This document shows, in pieces, positions 15,101 through 27,100 of a stretch of DNA of 64,000 nucleotides. The stretch comes from Eledone cirrhosa (lineage: Eukaryota): NCBI GenBank assembly GCA_964016885.1, contig OZ024748.1, positions 29,202,001 to 29,266,000 on the forward strand. Direction: 5' to 3'. The translations under genes and the position numbers were made by a program. The notes below the pieces were generated by a model. The model was not told the DNA's origin. It worked only from the letters and a program-made list of their open reading frames with translations, and searched no databases. How positions within the stretch are numbered: position 1 is the stretch's first letter; each line of letters begins with the position of its first letter.

Positions 15101-18100
15101 ACTCAACAGAGTGAAGAAAATGAATCACTTATAGTGCATATTGATGACACTCAGAATGATTTAGATGCTGACCTTGTGGCATCCAAAACAAATAATGGTA
15201 AAATAGAGAAGACACCAAAGGACAAAGTGAGTGGCAAAAGTGAAGTGAAGAAAATAGATGGAAGCACAGTTGAGGAAAAGGCTAAAGGTAAAATTGAAGG
15301 AGGGCAAACTGAGAAGAAGACTGATGAAAAGAAAGATGATAAAGATGTAAAGTCGAAGAGGTTGGTTTTCAAGTCATCTTTCCCACTGCTTTGATTCAAA
15401 GATGTCATTAGTTAAATGATCTTACTTCTCGGTAACAGATGTCGACACCTTGGCTAAAACTGGGGTCTACAACTGCCAAAAGGAACAGTTTCTCTGGAAC
15501 TATAAGTTAACCTATCTAAGTAGGTTTTCTTCAGAGAGCATCCTTTCGTGGTTAATTGTGAGTTATTTAAAAAAAGAAGATATGTGAGTATGTGTATCTG
15601 GTTTGATTGTAGATTTAACACCAAACTACTACTACTACTAATAATAATAATAATAATAATGTTAGACATCTCTCTAGTCTTCATAAGGCATGATAATATA
15701 TTGTAATAGTTGTATTATAGGATTACTATTAAATAAGACATGGCCTGGGCTATAATTGACTAAAACATATCTGAGATATCTTTTCATCAGTTTCTCATAT
15801 TTGAGACTACAATGCAACTGTTGAGAGGCCAGGATTTCTCTTGGCTTATGTGCTACAGTCTCTAACAAATTGATAAAGCTTGTGTATTTGTTGAGTAAAC
15901 ACATATGATGATACCAATGAAGATGTTTGGTAGATAATGATGTGTGTTTATAGAAGTAAATATTTATACTTTAGATGATTAATGTGAACTATAGTTCATG
16001 AAATGAAAAGGGGCCAGCAAATGGTTTGGGAGTTGGCTGGGGATAAGGAATCTTAGTTGGAGTGTGATTACATGAGATGCTCAAACTCACATATTAGGAG
16101 ATTTACCAAATTATTGAAGTATTATCCACTGGAACTAATTACCAATATCATGAAGCAAAACTAACTGTTTGGATGAAGATGACAATAATGAAGAGGAGGA
16201 AGCCTGAGTTCTCAAGAATAAAATTTAAAAAAACATATTGATGAATTTGTGGATGTCAGATAATAATTTCTCTGACAAGATAGAAATTGGATGATGTTTG
16301 AAAAGATTGAAGACTGAGTTAATGGTTCCTGTATTCCAGCCATATTTCTGCTAAACTAGCAGTTAGTGTTTAGGGAATTGCACATTATATGCTGACCTCT
16401 TTTTAATTTCCTGAAGACTATAGTTCATGTATTTCTGTACATTTTTGATAACTGTTAGTTCTTTATTGCTGGTGTATAATGTCAGTTGTTAACTAATTAG
16501 TAATCCATTCATTGTCTCAACCAATAATTCCATTACAAATTAGTGCTTTTGTATTCATTTATATCTAAAATAGATAAATTGCTAGTACAAAAGCACATTT
16601 TAATAAGAGGTAAGCTTCTTTCATCATTACATTTTCCCACTCACATATATTATTAATTTGATATTAGTTATAGAAATATATTTAACTATGTATAACATTT
16701 GTTATGCTTTGCTAAATATTAAAGTTACGTTGTCACATCATTCTTATATAATAAGTATGTCTTTGAGTATATATGTATATGCATGTATGTGTGTGTGTAT
16801 TTTGTTTATTTCAATATATATCTGTATCTGTATATTTAGATTGAGAACCCTAATATAAAGTGGTATTGTGTGGGTTTGCAAGTTCAATTACAATTCATAT
16901 AAATGATGAAATTATGTTCCAAAATTCTCCCTTTACATTTACTTTTGATGATGTTGATGATATTTCTAAACCATTGTTTTGTTGTTACAGTTCTTCAGTT
17001 TCTAAACCAAAAGTTGTCAAAAATATCAAAAGTAAGTTTTTGTTCACATTTTCTCTGATTTTTGCTTCTTTTCTAAACTTATTTTAACATTTTGATATAT
17101 TTGAGACATGGTTATTGATATATTTCTGTGTTTAATAGGCAACAACGAAAACAGTCCAAATTTGTGGGTCAGTGGTCTTGCTTCAACTACCTGTGCTACA
17201 GACCTTAAATTGCTTTTTACCAAATATGGCAAGGTATGTTGATTGAAATATGTTTAGTGTTGTTTATGTCCAGTTTTGTTTAAACTGGTCATGTGTATTA
17301 GTGAAGTCTGCTGGCATTGGTTGAACTGGTCATGTGTATTAGTGAAGTCTGCTGGCATTGGTTAAACTGGTCATGTGTATTAGTGAAGTCTGCTGGCATT
17401 GGTTGAACTGGTCATGTGTATTAGTGAAGTCTGCTGGCATTGGTTGAACTGGTCATGTGTATTAGTGAAGTCTGCTGGCATTGGTTAAACTGGTCATGTG
17501 TATTAGTGAAGTCTGCTGGCATTGGTTAAACTGATCATGTGTATTAGTGAAGTCTGCTGGCATTGGTTGAACTGGTCATGTGTATTAGTGAAGTCTGCTG
17601 GCATTGGTTGAACTGGTCATGTGTATTAGTGAAGTCTGCTGGCATTGGTTAAACTGGTCATGTGTATTAGTGAAGTCTGCTGGCATTGGTTGAACTGGTC
17701 ATGTGTATTAGTGAAGTCTGCTGGCATTGGTTAAACTGGTCATGTGTATTAGTGAAGTCTGCTGGCATTGGTTAAACTGATCATGTGTATTAGTGAAGTC
17801 TGCTGGCATTGGTTGAACTGGTCATGTGTATTAGTGAAGTCTGCTGGCATTGGTTGAACTGGTCATGTGTATTAGTGAAGTCTGCTGGCATTGGTTGAAC
17901 TGGTCATGTGTATTAGTGAAGTCTGCTGGCATTGGTTGAACTGGTCATGTGTATTAGTGAAGTATGCAGGAAGGTAAAGATATACAAAAGCTAAACTGGT
18001 ATAATTTTAGTTGTTCTCTCTCATTTGCTCACTCCCTCCATCTCTCACTATTATATACAAATGGGAGCCCACGCACCGATCACCCCACAGTCAGAGAAAC

Positions 18101-21100
18101 ATGTCATGCCCATATTCCATATTTTGGTATGATTTCTATGGCTGGATGACCTTTATAAGACCAACCACTTTACACGGTGTATTGGGTGTATTTTAGCATG
18201 TTACCATCTCATATTCCATTCCCTTCTAGTTCTCAACATTTCTTTAGACAGCTGTTATTAATGATATTAATCAGCGACAAAATCAAGCTAGATGAGATGC
18301 AGTGTGGATTTATGCCAGGTAGGGGTACTATGGATGCCCTTTTTTTGGTGAGACAACTACAGGAGATGTATTTAGCTAAAAGTAAATCACTGTATCTAGC
18401 ATTTGTAGATCTAGAGAAAGCCTTTGACAGGGTCCCACACTCTATAATCTGGTGGGCATTTAGGAAGCTAGGTATAGATGAATGGTATAGAGGAGCAACC
18501 AGCAGAATGAGATTTGGAAATGAGTACTTCTTCTTTATCAGCTGAGTTTACACTCGCAAAGATTCAGCACGCTTTCTCCAATCGTTCCGGTCGTGCATGA
18601 CATTTTTCAGTTCATCGATGTTATCAATGTTGGCATCTCTCAGCAGAGTATCAATGAATGAGATGGTCTGTCTTCCCACGCTTCTTCATCCAACCGCTGG
18701 TTTCCAGAGCACAAGTTGTGATGCTGTCTCTTCTGGATGACGGATGCAGTGCCCAGCCAGTTTCATTCGTTGGCAGGCAACCTTTTTTGTGACTGGTAGC
18801 AGTGATCTGTATAGTTCTTTATTTGTCAGCTTCTGTTTCCAAGAAATTTTGATAGCCATTCTCAGCATCTTCATGTAACATCCGTCAAGTCTCTTGCATA
18901 GCACTTTGTGAATGGTCCACGTTTCACTGCCGTAAAGCAGGACAGATTCAACAGTTGCTAGGAAGAGGTGTCCTTGATTTTGCAGTTTAGGCCAGACTTC
19001 CACACCTTCAGTAGCTTGTGGCATGCTGACCATCCATGAGTACTGTGAGGCATTTGAAGTGCAGTTGGGGGTCCTCCAGGGATCAGTCTTATTTGTCATT
19101 GTACTTCAGACCATTACAGAGGAGTTTAAAATGGGCACTTTATGGGAGCTCATATATGCTGATGACCAAGTCATCATAGCTGAATCTGTAGGAGAGTTAG
19201 AAGTAAAATTTCAAGCATGGAAGAATCTAGAACTGAAAGGCCTAAAAGTAAATTTAGCAAAGACAAATGTCTTAATAAGGAGGAAAGAAGACAGGAAGTT
19301 GATACCATCAGGAAGGTTAACCTTGTTCAATATGTCAGAAAGGGGTGGGCAGAAATTCCGTAAGGTGCAATCAATATGGACGCACAAGAGATGTAGTAGT
19401 ATTGCAGAAAGCTAACAGAAAAGATAGATTTTATACGCAGCAGATACACAAAGGAAGTGAGTACAAAGAGAACATGTGAAATAGATTCCCTCAGCTGCCA
19501 TAGGAGCTATAGCTGAAAAACAACATCATGCCATATTGGCACAACACCAATAAGAAAGTTTATATATTGCCGTGTTGGCGCAATAAGAATAAGAGGCTGT
19601 GTGATGTTGTTTTTAGAACACGAGGAGTAATTAGACTATTTGTTATGACTAGAAATGTAAGAGAAGTGTATGTTTGTTTAAATAGTTGTAAGTCTTCGAT
19701 AACATTTTTACATGTTTTTATTTACAACTAAATTACAGAGAGTTAAGCAGGCATGCCGTTCATAAAGATACAAACAAAATTAAGAACCAAGAAGTAAGAG
19801 TGGCATTGTGCCAGGCCTAAGGAGGCCGACAGGCCAAAGTGAAAATCTCACCGTTACATAATAGTGTCTTTTCCTTTCAGCGATTAAAGCAGCAACTGAG
19901 ATAGTGTTAACCAAAGTAGCGAGAAAATCTTTATTTGGGCGGAAGTTGGAATATATATTCGTGCGCGGCTTATGATTGGCCTGACTTAGCCAAATCACGC
20001 GCGAATAGCTTATCAATATCAATACGCCAAAAGCAAGTAGCATTGCTACAGAGCTCTCTATGAGTTGTCAACTGCTTTTGCTACCTAGGCAATGAAAATA
20101 GTAGAGGTGTATGATGCACTAAAAGTGTGATAGCTAGGATAAGAACAGGCTGGAAGAAGTTTAGAGATCTATTATCATTGCTAACAGCAAAATCTTTTCT
20201 TTCAGAGTGAAGGGAAGACTGTATGATGCCTGTGTGCGAACTGCAATGCTACGTAGCAGTGAAACATGGGCCTTAATTGCAGAGGCTAGAAAGTAATGAA
20301 CAGAGTATGCTCCAATGGACGTGTAATATTAGTGTGCATGAGTGACATAACATAAGCAAACTGAAGGGAAATCTTGGCATTAGAGGAATTGGAAGTAGTG
20401 TGCAAGAGAGAAGATTGCATTGGTATGGACATGTGAGCACATGGAAGATAGCAGCTGTATAAAGAAATGCAGTGAAACCCCAGAGGCTGGGACCTGTAGA
20501 AGAGGCAGACCCAGGAAAACATGGGTTGATATTGTGAAGCCTGACTTTGAAAAAAACTAAACCTCACAACAGAAATGACTAAAGACCATGAGGGCTGATG
20601 CCCTGCTCCCCCTGTGAAGTGGTTGGTGATAGCATGGGCATTCAATTGTGGAGGGCTATTTTATATCACACATTTTGTGAACAATGTTGTTGGTGGTAGG
20701 CTTCCAAAGAGCCAATTATTGGTTCACTGAATTCCAAATGGCAAGGGTTGAGTATAAGTGAAGCAGTTTTATCATCGACATACATCAGCAAAAGATATAC
20801 ACATATACCTGTATGAAAAGCTTCTACTCAGTTTCTGTCTGCCAAATTTCATTCACATGGTATTGATCAATACAAGGTCTATATTGAAGGACATTAGTCC
20901 AAAGTGCCAGGCATTCATTCACATGGCATTGATGAACACAAGCCTCATAGTAGATAGAAGACACTTGCCCAAGATGCCATACAGCCGATTCAAAGATGGA
21001 ACCCCTCTGTTAAAAAGGAAACTTAACCATACAGTCATACCAGTACCTGTGTTTAAGATATATATAGTGTTTTAACCTACAATATCCTTTTAATGATATT

Positions 21101-24100
21101 TAGACTTACTGTGTTGTTATTTTAATTCAAAATATATTTTTAATCTGTTAAAGAAAACAAACATAAAACCATAGTGTTGTTGGTGTTGATGATGATGTTG
21201 ACTGTTTGACTGTATACATACCAAAGTAATTTTCATTTATAAAATTTAGTTTCTATTTTTTTCTCCATCAGGTTATTTGTGCCAAAGTAGTGACAAATAC
21301 CCGAAATCCTGGTGCCCGATGTTATGGTTTTGTAACTATGTCTAGTGCACATGAAGCTTCTAAATGTATTCAACATTTGAATAAAACTGATTTCCATGGT
21401 CGTATGATATCAATTGAAAAGGTGAGTTATTTTTATGTTTATTGTTTTGTCTACAAAATTATCTTCATCATCATTTAATGTTCATTTTCTTTGCTAGCGA
21501 GGGTTACTGAATTTGATGTGTGTGGTTAGCTATAGTGATAGATATGTGATTTTCATATATGCGGTCAGATATAAGTGGTCAGCTATAGAGACAGATACAT
21601 CATCATCATCATTATCATTTTACGTCCACTTTTCCCTGCTTGCAAGGGTGGGACAGGTCCTATTCAGCACAGCATCTCTCCACTTGTCATGGTCGTTTGT
21701 CATCTCCTCCATGAGTTTCAGTGATCTGAGGTCTGCTCTCACAACCTCCGCCCATGTTTTTCATGGTCTTCTTCTACTGCATCTTTCTTCTACTGGGATT
21801 TCTTGGCACTTCTTTACCCAGCGGTCATCCTCCATGCACATCACATGTCCATACCATCTCAGTCTTCTCTCCTGCACACCACAACTTATCCCTCTTTCTC
21901 AACTCGTCTATGCTTGGTCGTTCATGCACATTGACATTGCACATCCAACGGAGCATGCTTGCTTCATTTCTCTCCAGCTGTCGCATATCCTCTGCAGTTG
22001 CTGCCCATGTCTTACTACCATGCAGCATCGCGCATCTCACACAGGCATCATATAACCGTCCTTTCGTATGCAGGGAGAAACCCTTCTTTGTCAACAGAGG
22101 AAACAGCTCCCTAAACTTCTTCCAACCCGTCCTTATTCTAAATACTATGGCCTCGGAAACCCCCCCCCCCCCCCCTCTCATGCTAATCTGATCACCTAGG
22201 CACCGGAAGCTGTCAACCACTTCTATAGAACCTTCCTGCATTAGAAAAATGTGTCTATCACTGCGATTACTACTGCCAACTTTCCCTGTACATCTACTAC
22301 ATACATAGTTTTCCCTACCTGTTAGTTTGCCTGCTATCCCACTACATGGTCAAATATTAAATTTGATATATGTGGTTAATTTTGAACAATTATTATTCTA
22401 CACCTACCTCTCTAAATGTCCATTTTGTTTTAGTCATAATGTGCATTTTCTTATACATCCATTCTTATTTATTTGTGGATAGGACAGATTCATGTGAGAA
22501 AAAGAAGAAAGTAATCTCTAATGAATGGTAAAGCAAAATAGCTGCTGTATATGAAAGAGATAGGGCTGGTGTAGGGATGATGTGTGGCAAATAATTTTAA
22601 AATTGAAAAATATTTTCGTTTTATTTTTCAGACTAAAAGGGAACCTGGAGCTCAGATTATTAAAATGCCAGAAAAGAAAGTAGAAAAATCTGAAGTGAAA
22701 AAAGATGGTAAGATTTCTTCCTGACATTGATATTTCTTCTGTTAATAAGAATCTACTGATATAATTATAATGTAGATAATTTATAAGTAGTTTCTATTGA
22801 CATTAGATGAGCTTGGTGATAAGTGTTACTAACCAATAATTTGTTTAGTCTTTTTCATAATATAATCAGTGACTTGGTCTTTTATTTTCAAAGTTATTTG
22901 GAAATCACAGGTTTTCACTTTCATTAGAAATATGGTTTTTATTGTACTGCATAAATATTACTCATTATATTCAAATAAGTATGAATACCAAACTATTTTG
23001 TTGTCATATGTATTTCTGTATCATCTGTGGATCTATGAACTGATAATGTTTCATCATCATCATCACTGTTTAACATCTGTATTTCCAAGCTTGCATGGAT
23101 TAGATGAGTCGTCCATGTTATGAAACAAGTCTTGCTAGTTGGCCATGCAGTACCTTGTTCAAATGGAACTGTATTTTGGCTGGGTTTTTTACAGCTGGAT
23201 GCCCTTCCTAACACAAACTGTGTTGACTGTGGAACTGGATAGTCCCATTATGAGGAGGGTCTGGCCAGTTGGCCACGCCGTACCCTGCTCATAGAGGAAC
23301 TGGATTTTGGGAGCTGAATGGTCGTGTTAGGAGGTTCTGGCTAGTTGGCTGCACTGTACGCTGCTCATAGTGGAACCGTGCAACTGAGCGGTTCCATTAT
23401 GAAGAGTGTCTAGCCAGTTGGCCACGCCATATGGTGCTGATAGCAAAACCATATTTTGGGAGCTAGTTGGGCACGTTATGAGGAAGGTCTAGCCAGTTGG
23501 CTACGCTGAACTTTGCTCATAGTTGGACCTGTGTTTTGGCTGGGTTTTTATGTCTGCTGGATGCTTTACCAACACCAATCATCTTTGCTGAGTATGCATG
23601 CCCAGTATAGGAGCGAGCTGTCCATATCCAGAAGCTAGATCCTGCCATCAATGCTGGCTGCCGCCTCACCACAGGCTGCCTGAAATCTGCACCTACAGAC
23701 CGTCTGCGTATTCTGGCAGGCATATCCCCCACCAGAGATACGATGAAGTGCAGCAAGCAAGAAAGGGCGTCAACAACAGACTTACAGATCAAAAACATCC
23801 TCTCTTTGGCCATGTGCCAGCCGAAAGCTGCCTTAAATCCAGGAAAAAGTTTTGTAAAGAGTGTCGCACCCCTTGGAACATCAAGCATAAGTAGTGAAAG
23901 AGTCACTTGATGGGAAGAAAAACTCCCATCTGTAACAACAATGGAGCTAAAGTCGAGTGAGGCACTGCCCCCCAGAGCAGATACAAACTATGCAGTGTGG
24001 AAGTGCCTCAACAGACTCAGATCTGGTGTTGGACGTGCAAAAGTCAATGTGGCAAAATGGGGATATTTAAAGGATGGGGACATTGTGTGTGACTGCAGCA

Positions 24101-27100
24101 TCGAACCACAGATTACGCAGCACCTCCTGATATGCCCCCTTCTGGAACACCCCTGCACAGCATTGGATTTGCCAGAGTTTAACGAGAAAGGACAGCAATG
24201 GATGGATCCACATCTAACCAAGCTTTGTAGCTGACACTCTTTACCTTGATGTCATATTAGTACAGGAAACCCATATTGGTGACGTTGAGAACTGCTCTAA
24301 GCTTTGCCTCTATGGGTACAAACTCATTGCTGCAGTACCCCACTCGAAATATGGTGTTGCCACTTACATCAGGCATACTATAACAGAATTTTCTGTTGAA
24401 GAATCCTGCAGGGATTTATCACTACTCTGAGAATCAGGGACCTCACCATCACTAACCTTTACAAGCCACCAAAAAGTACTTGACTCTACCCTACCCTGAA
24501 AGTCCACTCCCATCCGGAGCTGCATACTGATGACTTCAACAGCCATCACTCTTCATGGGGCTATACCACAGACAATGAGTCTGGGAAACAGTTGGAAGCA
24601 TGGACTTCAGCCTGTGACTGTTATCTTCTCCATGATGTCAAACAACCTGGCACGTTCCATTCTAGTTGCTGTGATACATAGACCATAGAACAGCTGTGAT
24701 ACACATTGGCATAGAGATTCCTGTTATACAATCCAAGCCACTACAATGGTGGAACTTCAGGAAGGCTGATTGGGAATCCTTCAGCTCAGAGGTAGAGGAA
24801 CAAATCATCAACTTGGAATCTATTCCCACGTATTATAATTCATTTTGTAATATTCTGAAGGACACTGCCAGGTTTCCGTCTATCTTACACCCCGTGCTGG
24901 CTTCCAGAGTCTGAAGAGCTTCACAAGAGCTATGAAGCCTCAGGTAAGCCAGACATTGCTACGGAACTCTTAGACTCTCTTAACTCAGCTAGACAGATAC
25001 GCTGGCTGGAAACGGTGGAAGATTTGGATTTCACTCAGAATAGAAGAAAAGTATGGGATCTCCTTAGGCGATTTTGTGCAGCATCTCCCGTTCAGCATCA
25101 GCCACCAAAAGTAACTGCTAACGAAATTGCATCACACCTACTTTTCAACTCCAAGGAGGCATGCCAAGAAGTCTGTAAGAATCTCTCAGCAACCTACTAT
25201 TCCTCACTGAAGAGTACCCCACTTGCTAGACCTTACACCATAAGTGAGATAGATACTGGCCTTTCATCCAACCAAAGCATGCAAGGCAGCAGGAATCAAT
25301 GGCATTTATACTGAATTCCTTAAGAACCTTGGTCCAATTGCCTGAGACTGGCTGGCTTCTCTCTTCACAGTCATCTACTCAACTGGAGTTACCCACAAGA
25401 TCTGGAGAGAAGCCAAGGCCATAGCCTCCTAAAACCCAGGAAACCTGCAGACAATCCAGCAAGCTACCAGACAATCTCTCTCCTCTGTACCTCTTATAAA
25501 CTATTTGAATAGCTCCTCTTGGTTAGGTTTGACCCTTTAGTAGAACCAACCCTGCCTAAGGAACAAGCAGGCTTCAGACCAGTATCTCCATTGAGGCTGG
25601 CTACCAATGAGGTCTCAAAACAGGGGCTGCTCCAGTCGACCTCTCTTCTGCATAAGATACTATATTGATACACAGCCCCCTTCTCAAGGCCTGTCATTCC
25701 CTCATGTAACACGCAACTATGAACATCCTTGCCTCCATACTGAGTAACAGAAGATTCAGAGTGTATTGTATTGCAGATAGTCAGTCGGTTGGCATCACAG
25801 AATTCCAGGAGTCTCGATCCTTCCCCATTTCTTGTGCCAAACCCGAAACCTCCCAGGACCCCATAGTAACCGTTACATTGTCACATCACATGTTCGTTAA
25901 AGTCACCTGCAATAATAGTGAAGTCACCATTCCTGGTTTTGGGAGGTTGCACTTGTTAGGGATTCGTAGAATACATCCTTTTGTTCATCTGGCAGCCCGT
26001 ATTGGAGTGCATAAACTGACATGATTGTTACCGTTGTTCTATTTAGAATGAGTCTGAGTGTAATGATTCTGTCTTTTATTCTATTTACTGCAATTACCTT
26101 ATCCACCCCTGTTAGCATAATACCTACTCTGCTTAGCCTGCTGTTGTTTCCTTCCAACGGGTCCTGTTAGATCTTCATCTAATCTGGCTGGTTCCCTAGC
26201 GAGACCAGCTAAGCTCATAGATGTTATCCAACTTTCTTGCTCAGAGTCTACCATTGGGTCTCCTGCCAGTTGGTTTTGCCCGTAAAATCTGTCCAGTGAT
26301 TCTTTCCTGAGACATTCTAACTGCATGCCCAAAATGACTTCGCCACCTGACCAATTTAGCCACCGTAAGTTATGGTCTATCTAACCCATGTAAGCATGGA
26401 AAATAGTTGAAGATAATGATGATATATTTGTGTGTGTGTGCTATTTCCAGAGAAAAAAGATGGTGATAAGAAAGAAGGGGTGAAAAAATTTGAGAACAAA
26501 GACCGAAAGAGAGATGACAGAAGCAGGAGAGATGAAAGAAGACATAACAGCAGCAGCAGAAGTAGTTACCATAGAACATCAGGTCAGTCTCCCTTAACAC
26601 TTCTCTGTCAGTGTGTCTGTTGTCCTTATACAAGACACTTAACTTTACTTTATCTAAAGACAATATGGTGATAGATATATATGTCTGGACTTCACTTCAA
26701 ACATTCAACTATTATTTGTAAGTTGTTTTATGTAAATATTTCAGATAAATCTCATGTGTCTACATCAAGTAGGGGTAGAAGTAAACCAAGTACAAATAAA
26801 CCAGGTACAAGTAAACCAGGTACAAGTTCAAGATCTGTTACAAAAGAGGGCTCTGAGAAAGGTGTAAAACCTTTATCACCATCAAACACTAAAGAGAAGG
26901 TTGCCAACCCAGAAAAGCCTGAACCAGGTGAACCAACTGCCACAACTGAAACTACAAAAGATAAAAGTGGCAAAGATACCAAGAAGGATATTTTATCATT
27001 TGATAGAATAAAAGTAAGTACTATTTTGTGTATGTCTTGTAGTGTGTCTAGTCAGGTGTGACTTGTATGGTTTGGTGTATTACTTGAGGAATATGTTTTA

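Larger units (their letters stand above)
18255..20600 (+). mobile_element. RTE LINE in copy 1 intron 10, interrupted by two nested insertions
   Basis: [34 protein letters not shown]; uninterrupted paralog at 62070-63938. Confidence 0.88.

Noticed and set aside
14779-15408. Minus-strand ORFs overlapping exon 8 (also 56520-57164)
   Set aside because: Antisense shadows of a real low-complexity coding exon.
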